A stretch of DNA of 64,000 nucleotides from NCBI RefSeq assembly GCF_003334785.1, contig NZ_QOWV01000014.1; one strand, written 5' to 3'. Numbering within the stretch: position 1 is the first letter of the stretch; each line of letters opens with the position of its first letter. The translations under genes and the position numbers were made by a program. The notes under the pieces were generated by a model. The model worked only from the letters and a program-made list of their open reading frames with translations, did no database searches and was not told the DNA's origin. The DNA is from Escherichia coli (GTDB lineage: Bacteria > Pseudomonadota > Gammaproteobacteria > Enterobacterales > Enterobacteriaceae). Of the stretch, positions 1-9,352 are shown piece by piece.

Positions 1-230
1 GTGCGGGAGAGGATGAACGGCAGCGGGCCGGGCAGGGCGATGTCGGTTTCACCGGGAAGGACCTTTGCACCGAGCAGCGGATTGACCGGATGGCCGGACG
101 TCACCCCGCCGGGGCACACCGAACAGGCCACGCCGGTGGGGGCACCGATGCGTACCCCGGCTGAACCCTGGACAATGCTACCGCCATACTGCGTCATGTC
201 GCCCTGACGCGCCGCCGGTTTTCCGCTCAT
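1..230 (-). CDS. rhsC: Rhs-family polymorphic toxin protein, N-terminal 76 codons only (gene continues leftwards out of the window)
   Basis: Minus-strand translation from ATG at 230..228 reads MSGKPAARQGDMTQYGGSIVQGSAGVRIGAPTGVACSVCPGG..., the conserved Rhs N-terminus. No stop before the window edge, so absent from the ORF track. Position next to ybfA fits the rhsC locus; the paralog assignment is by synteny only. Confidence 0.8.
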   Translation of the reverse strand, partial: MSGKPAARQGDMTQYGGSIVQGSAGVRIGAPTGVACSVCPGGVTSGHPVNPLLGAKVLPGETDIALPGPLPFILSR

Positions 231-420
231 CTGCTCATCCTTGTTTTATCGGGTTATTTGTCTGCTGACAGGCGAAACCCTACAGATTTATAAGAAAGCC
301 TTAAGTGAGATATCTGTCAGATAAGAACAATTAGGAAAATATTTATATATATTTCATGAATATATGTTTCGATTGGTATAACGATGTCTAAATATTCCTC
401 TGAACATCTTCCTGATACAA

Positions 421-450
421 AAAACCGCCAGCGTTTCCGCTGGCGGTTTT
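421..450. terminator. Bidirectional intrinsic terminator downstream of ybfA (hairpin ccgccagcg/cgctggcgg flanked by A4 and T4)
   Basis: Perfect 9-bp stem at 425..446 with A-run before and T-run after, read directly from the sequence. Confidence 0.7.
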
Positions 451-472
451 CAATGTATTCAAAACTCAGCAA

Positions 473-679
473 TCAATAAAAATCACCAGTTGCCTTTTCG
501 GCCTGATCCATCCACACCGGTTTATCGCTGGTTTTCGACCAGACGCGATGCAGGTAGCTGTAAAAGCGGGCGCGGTCTTTCCAGAAAAGCATGAAAGGCA
601 GCGCCAGAACGCCCGCTGCAACCGCATAAGTACGGCGTAAAAAGATAAGCCATGCAGGATATTCTCTGTAGAGTTCCAT
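473..679 (-). CDS. ybfA: Small DUF2517-family protein YbfA (68 aa)
   Basis: ORF track 473..679 minus, [68 protein letters not shown]; recognised by sequence and by position divergent from kdpF. Confidence 0.85.
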
Positions 680-890
680 ACTTTTCTCCCCCTTTTGTAT
701 CTACCCGGTGAATGGCACCGGAAAAATGAATTTGTTTATCTGATGAAAATAGTACCGCCTTTTGTGTAATTTTACTACTCATCCGACCACTTATTTTTGC
801 TTATTGATGGTTTATTTACATTCATCCTGTAATTAAGTTACACAAAAGTTAAATTAATACTAAACATTAGTTAAATCATGGCTTTTGCCA

Positions 891-918
891 TTTTTATACT
901 TTTTTTACACCCCGCCCG
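891..918 (+). promoter_or_regulatory. KdpE response-regulator binding site of the kdpFABC promoter (TTTTTATACTTTTTTTACACCCCGCCCG)
   Basis: Exact match to the KdpE operator sequence as I recall it from the literature, lying about 75-100 bp upstream of the kdpF start. Confidence 0.75.
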
Positions 919-991
919 CAGATTTTTGCGAAATCTTTGCAGCCAGAATTCTACCCTTCCGGTATCACTTTTAGGCCACTGGAGGTGCACT

Positions 992-1081
992 GTGAGTGCA
1001 GGCGTGATAACCGGCGTATTGCTGGTGTTTTTATTACTGGGTTATCTGGTTTATGCCCTGATCAATGCGGAGGCGTTCTGA
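992..1081 (+). CDS. kdpF: K+-transporting ATPase small subunit KdpF (29 aa)
   Basis: GTG at 992; translation [29 protein letters not shown]; stop TGA 1079..1081 overlaps the kdpA ATG. It is the 3' part of track ORF 878..1081. Confidence 0.85.
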
Positions 1082-2754
1082 TGGCTGCGCAAGGGTTCTT
1101 ACTGATCGCCACGTTTTTACTGGTGTTAATGGTGCTGGCGCGTCCTTTAGGCAGCGGGCTGGCGCGGCTGATTAATGACATTCCTCTTCCCGGTACAACG
1201 GGCGTTGAGCGCGTACTTTTTCGCGCACTTGGCGTCTCTGACCGTGAGATGAACTGGAAGCAATATCTTTGTGCCATTCTCGGCCTGAACATGCTGGGGC
1301 TGGCGGTGCTGTTTTTTATGTTGCTCGGTCAGCACTATCTGCCGCTTAATCCACAGCAGTTGCCAGGGCTGTCGTGGGATCTGGCGCTGAATACCGCCGT
1401 CAGCTTTGTCACCAATACCAACTGGCAATCTTATAGCGGTGAAACCACGTTGAGCTATTTCAGCCAGATGGCGGGCTTAACGGTGCAAAACTTTCTTTCT
1501 GCCGCCAGCGGGATTGCGGTGATTTTTGCCCTCATCCGTGCGTTTACCCGCCAGAGCATGAGCACGCTCGGGAATGCCTGGGTCGATCTGCTACGCATCA
1601 CGTTATGGGTGCTAGTCCCTGTGGCGTTGTTGATTGCACTGTTTTTTATTCAACAAGGTGCGCTGCAAAACTTTCTGCCTTATCAGGCTGTGAATACCGT
1701 TGAAGGAGCGCAACAGCTGTTACCCATGGGGCCTGTAGCTTCTCAGGAAGCGATCAAGATGCTCGGTACTAACGGCGGTGGCTTCTTTAATGCCAACTCG
1801 TCGCATCCGTTTGAAAACCCAACCGCACTGACCAACTTCGTGCAGATGCTGGCGATCTTCTTGATCCCAACGGCGCTGTGCTTTGCCTTTGGTGAAGTGA
1901 CGGGCGATCGCCGCCAGGGGCGCATGTTGCTGTGGGCGATGTCAGTGATTTTTGTCATCTGCGTAGGCGTGGTGATGTGGGCAGAAGTTCAGGGTAATCC
2001 TCATCTGCTGGCACTGGGCACGGACAGCAGCATCAATATGGAAGGTAAAGAGAGCCGTTTCGGCGTGCTGGTCAGTAGCCTGTTTGCGGTCGTGACGACG
2101 GCGGCTTCCTGTGGCGCGGTGATTGCGATGCATGATTCGTTTACCGCTCTCGGTGGCATGGTGCCGATGTGGCTGATGCAAATTGGTGAAGTGGTGTTCG
2201 GCGGTGTCGGTTCTGGTCTTTACGGCATGATGCTGTTTGTCCTGCTGGCGGTGTTTATTGCCGGGCTGATGATTGGTCGTACACCGGAATATCTGGGTAA
2301 AAAAATCGACGTACGCGAGATGAAACTGACTGCACTGGCAATTCTGGTTACCCCGACGCTGGTGCTGATGGGCGCGGCGTTGGCGATGATGACCGACGCC
2401 GGACGTAGCGCCATGCTCAACCCTGGCCCGCATGGTTTTAGCGAAGTGCTGTACGCCGTGTCATCCGCCGCTAACAACAACGGCAGCGCCTTTGCCGGAT
2501 TAAGCGCCAACTCTCCGTTCTGGAACTGTTTACTGGCGTTCTGCATGTTTGTCGGTCGCTTCGGGGTGATTATCCCGGTGATGGCAATTGCCGGTTCGCT
2601 GGTGAGTAAAAAGAGCCAAGCCGCCAGCTCCGGCACGCTGCCAACGCACGGCCCGCTGTTTGTTGGCCTGTTAATCGGCACCGTGTTGCTGGTTGGCGCA
2701 CTGACCTTTATCCCTGCCCTGGCGCTTGGTCCGGTGGCGGAATATCTCTCCTGA
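1081..2754 (+). CDS. kdpA: K+-transporting ATPase subunit A
   Basis: Track ORF 937..2754 trimmed to ATG 1081 ([33 protein letters not shown]...), 557 aa; recognised KdpA sequence. Confidence 0.95.
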
Positions 2755-2776
2755 TGATATTGAGTGAGCACTGAAT

Positions 2777-4825
2777 ATGAGTCGTAAACAACTGGCGCTA
2801 TTCGAACCAACACTTGTCGTTCAGGCGCTGAAAGAAGCGGTGAAAAAATTAAACCCGCAGGCGCAATGGCGCAATCCGGTGATGTTTATCGTCTGGATCG
2901 GCAGTCTGCTGACCACCTGTATTAGCATCGCGATGGCAAGCGGTGCGATGCCCGGCAATGCGCTGTTTAGCGCGGCCATTAGCGGTTGGCTGTGGATCAC
3001 CGTACTGTTCGCTAATTTCGCCGAGGCGCTGGCAGAAGGCCGCAGTAAAGCGCAGGCCAACAGTCTGAAAGGGGTGAAAAAAACTGCCTTTGCCCGCAAG
3101 CTGCGTGAGCCGAAATATGGCGCTGCGGCGGACAAAGTTCCTGCCGACCAACTTCGTAAAGGCGATATCGTACTGGTAGAAGCTGGCGATATTATCCCCT
3201 GCGATGGTGAAGTTATTGAAGGGGGTGCATCGGTCGATGAAAGCGCCATCACCGGGGAATCGGCACCGGTGATCCGTGAATCCGGCGGCGATTTTGCCTC
3301 CGTCACCGGCGGCACGCGTATTCTTTCTGACTGGCTGGTGATTGAGTGTAGCGTTAACCCCGGCGAGACATTTCTGGATCGGATGATCGCGATGGTGGAA
3401 GGCGCACAGCGACGCAAAACGCCGAACGAAATTGCCCTGACCATTCTGCTGATTGCCCTGACTATCGTCTTTTTACTGGCAACCGCCACGCTGTGGCCGT
3501 TTTCCGCGTGGGGCGGTAATGCAGTCAGCGTAACGGTACTGGTGGCGCTGCTGGTCTGTCTGATCCCAACCACTATTGGCGGCCTGTTGTCAGCGATCGG
3601 CGTCGCCGGGATGAGCCGGATGCTAGGCGCGAATGTGATTGCCACCAGCGGACGTGCAGTTGAAGCGGCAGGTGACGTTGACGTTCTGCTACTGGATAAA
3701 ACCGGCACCATCACACTCGGTAACCGTCAGGCGTCGGAGTTTATCCCCGCGCAGGGCGTGGATGAAAAAACGCTGGCTGACGCCGCACAACTGGCTTCGC
3801 TGGCTGATGAAACGCCGGAAGGCCGCAGTATTGTGATCCTCGCCAAGCAGCGTTTTAACCTGCGCGAGCGCGATGTGCAGTCGCTCCATGCCACCTTTGT
3901 ACCGTTTACTGCGCAAAGCCGGATGAGCGGGATCAACATCGACAACCGCATGATCCGTAAAGGTTCTGTCGATGCCATTCGTCGCCATGTTGAGGCTAAC
4001 GGTGGTCACTTCCCTACCGATGTTGATCAAAAAGTCGATCAGGTTGCGCGTCAGGGAGCCACGCCGCTGGTGGTGGTGGAAGGTTCTCGTGTGCTGGGCG
4101 TTATTGCGCTGAAAGATATCGTCAAAGGCGGTATTAAAGAGCGCTTCGCCCAGCTGCGCAAAATGGGCATTAAAACGGTGATGATTACCGGCGATAACCG
4201 TCTGACTGCCGCCGCGATTGCTGCGGAAGCGGGTGTCGATGATTTTCTCGCCGAAGCGACACCGGAGGCCAAGCTGGCATTGATCCGTCAGTATCAGGCG
4301 GAAGGTCGTTTGGTAGCGATGACCGGCGACGGCACCAACGATGCTCCGGCGCTGGCGCAGGCAGATGTCGCGGTGGCGATGAACTCCGGCACCCAGGCGG
4401 CGAAAGAGGCGGGCAATATGGTCGATCTCGACTCTAACCCGACCAAGTTGATCGAGGTGGTGCACATTGGCAAACAGATGCTGATGACCCGTGGCTCGCT
4501 GACCACCTTCAGCATTGCCAACGATGTGGCGAAATACTTCGCCATTATTCCGGCGGCATTCGCGGCAACGTATCCGCAGTTAAATGCGCTGAACATCATG
4601 TGCCTGCATTCGCCCGACTCCGCAATCCTCAGTGCGGTGATTTTCAACGCCTTGATTATCGTCTTTTTGATTCCCCTGGCGTTAAAAGGCGTGAGTTATA
4701 AACCGCTTACCGCTTCTGCCATGTTGCGCCGTAACTTATGGATTTACGGTCTGGGTGGGCTGCTGGTGCCGTTTATCGGTATCAAAGTCATTGATTTACT
4801 GCTGACCGTTTGCGGTCTGGTGTGA
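2777..4825 (+). CDS. kdpB: K+-transporting P-type ATPase catalytic subunit B
   Basis: Track ORF 682 aa, [40 protein letters not shown]...; P-type ATPase motifs DKTGT and GDGTND visible. Confidence 0.95.
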
Positions 4826-4833
4826 GGTTTACC

Positions 4834-5406
4834 ATGAGTGGATTACGTCCGGCATTATCAACATTTATCTTTCTGTTATTGATTACTGGCGGCGTTTACC
4901 CGCTGCTGACCACCGTACTGGGGCAATGGTGGTTTCCCTGGCAGGCCAATGGTTCGTTGATTCGTGAAGGTGATACGGTGCGCGGTTCGGCATTAATCGG
5001 GCAGAATTTTACCGGCAACGGCTATTTTCATGGTCGCCCGTCGGCAACGGCAGAAATGCCCTATAATCCACAGGCTTCTGGCGGGAGCAATCTGGCGGTC
5101 AGTAACCCTGAGCTGGATAAACTAATAGCCGCACGCGTTGCTGCATTACGGGCCGCTAACCCGGATGCCAGCGCGAGCGTTCCGGTTGAACTGGTGACGG
5201 CATCGGCAAGCGGGCTGGACAATAATATCACCCCGCAAGCGGCGGCCTGGCAAATCCCACGCGTGGCGAAAGCGCGTAATCTCAGCGTTGAACAGCTCAC
5301 GCAACTGATCGCAAAATACAGCCAACAACCGCTGGTGAAATATATCGGCCAGCCGGTTGTCAACATTGTTGAACTCAATCTGGCGCTGGATAAACTTGAT
5401 GAATAA
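4834..5406 (+). CDS. kdpC: K+-transporting ATPase subunit C
   Basis: Track ORF 4810..5406 trimmed to ATG 4834 ([27 protein letters not shown]...), 190 aa; 3' end overlaps the kdpD start by 8 nt. Confidence 0.93.
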
Positions 5407-8083
5407 CGAACCCTTACGTCCCGACCCCGATCGTCTGCTGGAACAAACTGCCGCGCCGCATCGGGGGAAGCTGAAAGTTTTCTTCGGTGCCTGTGCAGGC
5501 GTCGGGAAGACCTGGGCGATGCTGGCAGAAGCCCAGCGACTGCGGGCGCAAGGGCTGGATATTGTGGTTGGCGTGGTAGAAACCCACGGGCGAAAAGATA
5601 CCGCCGCCATGCTGGAAGGGCTGGCTGTTCTGCCGTTAAAACGCCAGGCGTACCGTGGGCGGCATATCAGCGAGTTTGATCTCGATGCCGCCCTCGCCCG
5701 CCGCCCGGCGCTGATCTTAATGGACGAACTGGCGCACAGTAATGCGCCAGGTTCCCGTCATCCCAAACGCTGGCAGGATATCGAAGAACTGCTGGAAGCT
5801 GGCATTGATGTTTTCACTACCGTCAACGTTCAGCATCTGGAAAGTCTGAATGATGTGGTCAGCGGCGTCACCGGAATTCAGGTACGGGAAACCGTGCCCG
5901 ATCCTTTTTTCGATGCCGCCGACGACGTGGTGCTGGTGGACTTGCCCCCGGACGATCTGCGCCAGCGGCTGAAAGAAGGCAAAGTCTATATTGCCGGGCA
6001 GGCGGAGCGCGCCATTGAACATTTTTTCCGCAAAGGTAATCTGATCGCCCTGCGCGAACTGGCACTGCGCCGTACTGCCGATCGCGTTGATGAGCAAATG
6101 CGCGCCTGGCGGGGGCATCCTGGCGAAGAGAAAGTGTGGCACACGCGCGACGCGATCCTTTTATGCATCGGCCATAACACCGGCAGCGAAAAACTGGTCC
6201 GCGCAGCGGCGCGGCTGGCGTCACGGCTGGGTAGCGTCTGGCACGCGGTGTATGTTGAAACCCCTGCCCTGCACCGCTTACCGGAAAAAAAACGTCGGGC
6301 AATTCTCAGCGCCTTACGTCTGGCGCAGGAACTGGGCGCGGAGACGGCAACACTTTCTGATCCAGCGGAAGAGAAAGCGGTAGTGCGTTATGCCCGTGAA
6401 CATAATCTCGGCAAGATTATTCTCGGTCGCCCGGCCTCGCGCCGCTGGTGGCGTCGGGAAACGTTTGCTGACCGACTGGCGCGCATCGCCCCCGATCTCG
6501 ATCAGGTGCTGGTCGCGCTTGATGAACCACCCGCCCGCACGATTAACAACGCGCCGGATAACCGCTCTTTTAAAGACAAGTGGCGTGTACAAATTCAGGG
6601 ATGCGTGGTTGCCGCCGCGTTATGCGCCGTTATCACCTTAATTGCCATGCAGTGGCTGATGGCGTTTGATGCCGCCAACCTGGTGATGCTGTATCTGCTT
6701 GGCGTGGTGGTGGTGGCGCTATTTTATGGACGCTGGCCTTCAGTGGTTGCCACCGTCATTAATGTAGTGAGTTTCGATCTCTTTTTTATCGCCCCACGCG
6801 GCACGCTCGCCGTCTCTGATGTGCAATATCTGCTGACCTTCGCGGTGATGTTAACCGTCGGGCTGGTGATCGGGAACCTTACTGCTGGCGTGCGTTATCA
6901 GGCGCGGGTAGCCCGTTACCGCGAGCAACGCACACGGCACTTATATGAAATGTCGAAAGCTCTGGCGGTGGGCCGCAGTCCGCAGGATATCGCTGCCACC
7001 AGCGAACAATTTATTGCCTCCACGTTTCATGCCCGCAGTCAGGTGTTGTTGCCCGATGACAACGGTAAATTGCAGCCGTTAACACATCCGCAAGGAATGA
7101 CGCCGTGGGACGATGCCATCGCGCAGTGGAGTTTTGATAAAGGCCTGCCTGCGGGCGCGGGCACCGACACGTTACCCGGTGTACCGTACCAGATTTTGCC
7201 GCTAAAAAGCGGCGAGAAAACCTACGGGCTGGTGGTGGTGGAGCCGGGGAATCTGCGCCAGTTGATGATCCCGGAACAGCAGCGCCTGCTGGAGACGTTT
7301 ACGCTGTTAGTCGCCAATGCCCTTGAGCGGCTGACGCTAACCGCCAGCGAAGAACAGGCGCGGATGGCAAGCGAACGTGAACAGATCCGCAACGCCCTGC
7401 TGGCGGCGCTTTCGCATGATTTACGCACGCCGCTTACGGTGCTGTTTGGTCAGGCAGAAATCTTAACGCTCGATCTGGCAAGCGAAGGATCACCCCACGC
7501 CCGCCAGGCCAGCGAGATCCGTCAGCATGTGCTGAACACTACCCGACTGGTGAATAATCTACTGGATATGGCGCGAATTCAGTCCGGCGGCTTTAATTTG
7601 AAGAAAGAGTGGTTAACGCTGGAAGAAGTAGTCGGCAGCGCGCTGCAAATGCTGGAACCGGGTTTATCGTCGCCCATCAATCTTTCTCTGCCAGAACCGC
7701 TGACCTTAATCCACGTTGACGGGCCACTCTTTGAACGGGTGCTGATTAATCTGCTGGAGAACGCGGTGAAATATGCGGGTGCGCAGGCCGAAATTGGTAT
7801 CGATGCCCACGTTGAGGGCGAAAATCTACAACTGGATGTCTGGGATAACGGCCCCGGTCTTCCGCCAGGCCAGGAGCAGACGATATTTGATAAGTTTGCT
7901 CGCGGGAATAAAGAGTCGGCAGTACCGGGGGTAGGGCTTGGACTGGCAATTTGTCGGGCGATAGTGGATGTACACGGGGGCACTATTACCGCGTTCAACC
8001 GACCGGAAGGTGGTGCCTGTTTTCGTGTTACACTTCCCCAGCAAACTGCCCCTGAACTTGAAGAATTTCATGAGGATATGTGA
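5399..8083 (+). CDS. kdpD: Sensor histidine kinase KdpD
   Basis: Track ORF 5357..8083 trimmed to ATG 5399 ([38 protein letters not shown]...), 894 aa; histidine-kinase H box (LSHDLRTPL) and ATPase region visible. Confidence 0.95.
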   Translation: MNNEPLRPDPDRLLEQTAAPHRGKLKVFFGACAGVGKTWAMLAEAQRLRAQGLDIVVGVVETHGRKDTAAMLEGLAVLPLKRQAYRGRHISEFDLDAALARRPALILMDELAHSNAPGSRHPKRWQDIEELLEAGIDVFTTVNVQHLESLNDVVSGVTGIQVRETVPDPFFDAADDVVLVDLPPDDLRQRLKEGKVYIAGQAERAIEHFFRKGNLIALRELALRRTADRVDEQMRAWRGHPGEEKVWHTRDAILLCIGHNTGSEKLVRAAARLASRLGSVWHAVYVETPALHRLPEKKRRAILSALRLAQELGAETATLSDPAEEKAVVRYAREHNLGKIILGRPASRRWWRRETFADRLARIAPDLDQVLVALDEPPARTINNAPDNRSFKDKWRVQIQGCVVAAALCAVITLIAMQWLMAFDAANLVMLYLLGVVVVALFYGRWPSVVATVINVVSFDLFFIAPRGTLAVSDVQYLLTFAVMLTVGLVIGNLTAGVRYQARVARYREQRTRHLYEMSKALAVGRSPQDIAATSEQFIASTFHARSQVLLPDDNGKLQPLTHPQGMTPWDDAIAQWSFDKGLPAGAGTDTLPGVPYQILPLKSGEKTYGLVVVEPGNLRQLMIPEQQRLLETFTLLVANALERLTLTASEEQARMASEREQIRNALLAALSHDLRTPLTVLFGQAEILTLDLASEGSPHARQASEIRQHVLNTTRLVNNLLDMARIQSGGFNLKKEWLTLEEVVGSALQMLEPGLSSPINLSLPEPLTLIHVDGPLFERVLINLLENAVKYAGAQAEIGIDAHVEGENLQLDVWDNGPGLPPGQEQTIFDKFARGNKESAVPGVGLGLAICRAIVDVHGGTITAFNRPEGGACFRVTLPQQTAPELEEFHEDM

Positions 8084-8757
8084 CAAACGTTCTGATTGTT
8101 GAAGATGAACAGGCTATTCGTCGCTTTCTGCGCACGGCGCTGGAGGGCGACGGGATGCGCGTCTTTGAGGCCGAAACGCTGCAACGCGGCTTGCTGGAAG
8201 CGGCAACCCGTAAGCCAGATTTGATTATTCTCGATCTCGGCCTGCCCGATGGTGATGGGATTGAGTTTATCCGCGACCTGCGCCAGTGGAGCGCGGTGCC
8301 GGTGATTGTGCTTTCCGCACGCAGCGAAGAGAGCGACAAAATCGCCGCGCTGGATGCCGGAGCGGATGATTATCTGAGTAAGCCGTTTGGCATTGGCGAA
8401 TTGCAGGCCCGTCTGCGCGTCGCATTACGCCGCCACTCTGCCACCACCGCGCCCGATCCGCTGGTAAAATTTTCCGATGTTACCGTCGATTTAGCCGCCC
8501 GCGTGATTCACCGGGGTGAGGAAGAGGTGCATCTCACACCAATTGAGTTCCGCCTGCTGGCGGTGCTGCTCAACAATGCCGGAAAAGTACTCACCCAGCG
8601 CCAGCTCCTTAACCAGGTGTGGGGGCCAAACGCGGTCGAACACAGTCACTATTTGCGTATTTATATGGGACATCTGCGACAAAAACTGGAACAGGATCCC
8701 GCCCGCCCACGCCATTTCATTACTGAAACCGGTATTGGCTATCGGTTTATGCTTTGA
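8080..8757 (+). CDS. kdpE: Response regulator KdpE (OmpR family)
   Basis: Track ORF 225 aa starting GTG 8080 inside the sequence ATGTGA that ends kdpD; [37 protein letters not shown]... Confidence 0.95.
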   Translation: MTNVLIVEDEQAIRRFLRTALEGDGMRVFEAETLQRGLLEAATRKPDLIILDLGLPDGDGIEFIRDLRQWSAVPVIVLSARSEESDKIAALDAGADDYLSKPFGIGELQARLRVALRRHSATTAPDPLVKFSDVTVDLAARVIHRGEEEVHLTPIEFRLLAVLLNNAGKVLTQRQLLNQVWGPNAVEHSHYLRIYMGHLRQKLEQDPARPRHFITETGIGYRFML

Positions 8758-8792
8758 ATATTAATTTTAATACAGCCTGCCTTTTATTAATT

Positions 8793-8822
8793 AAAGCCGT
8801 AATAATAAATACGGCTTTTTAT
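8793..8822 (+). terminator. Intrinsic terminator after kdpE (stem aaagccgt/acggcttt followed by T-run)
   Basis: Inverted repeat 8793..8818 followed by ttttta, read from the sequence. Confidence 0.6.
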
Positions 8823-8990
8823 CTTAAACAACACACAAAAATAACAATTCAATATTTTATATTACTGAGTAAAAAGCTCATCATTAAATAAATTAAGATT
8901 GATCATTTTTTATTGATCACCTTCACAGTTCAACCGTATTTCCTGGATAGAATATCTTCACCTTCATTCACATCAGGAAAGGTAAATTAA

Positions 8991-9095
8991 ATGGAAAATA
9001 ACAGCCGCACTATGCCCCATATAAGGCGGACAACTCATATTATGAAGTTTGCTCATCGCAATAGCTTCGACTTTCACTTCTTCAATGCCCGTTAG
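8991..9095 (+). CDS. speFL: Ornithine-sensing arrest leader peptide of the speF operon (34 aa)
   Basis: Not in the ORF track (too short). ATG 8991 preceded by AGGAAAGG gives MENNSRTMPHIRRTTHIMKFAHRNSFDFHFFNAR, stop TAG 9093..9095; matches the speFL sequence as I recall it. Confidence 0.8.
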   Translation: MENNSRTMPHIRRTTHIMKFAHRNSFDFHFFNAR

Positions 9096-9352
9096 TCTAC
9101 CGACTAAGGGCACTTCAGCGTACAGGTCTTCCTGACTCTCTGTATTACAGGCATATGCCTGTATTCCGCAGTGCTCATTCTCTGTTAACCCTTGTATTAT
9201 CAGCCACCTGACTGGTAAGGGTTTCTGCATTCTGAAAAAAGCAATCTACCTGATTTATTTATCAGCGGGGTAACTTTGCTTTTTTCCGGCACGATCGATT
9301 TCTCATTCGAGAAATTGAGGACCTGCTATTACCTAAAATAAAGAGATGAAAA

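Noticed and set aside
1-207. Plus-strand 68-aa ORF at the left edge (MRERMNGSGPGRAMSVSPGR...)
   Set aside because: It is the antisense frame of the Rhs N-terminal coding region; GC-rich coding DNA commonly yields open antisense frames, and the minus strand gives the conserved Rhs N-terminus.
937-1080. N-terminal extension of kdpA in the track ORF (605 aa)
   Set aside because: The extension runs through the kdpF frame region and the promoter; the established KdpA N-terminus begins at ATG 1081. The same reasoning trims the track ORFs for kdpC, kdpD, pgm, seqA, ybfE, fldA, asnB, gltI, rihA and leuS.
2821-4465. Two long minus-strand ORFs (297 aa and 258 aa) inside kdpB
   Set aside because: Antisense to the P-type ATPase gene; Ala/Arg/Ser-rich translations typical of GC-rich antisense frames.
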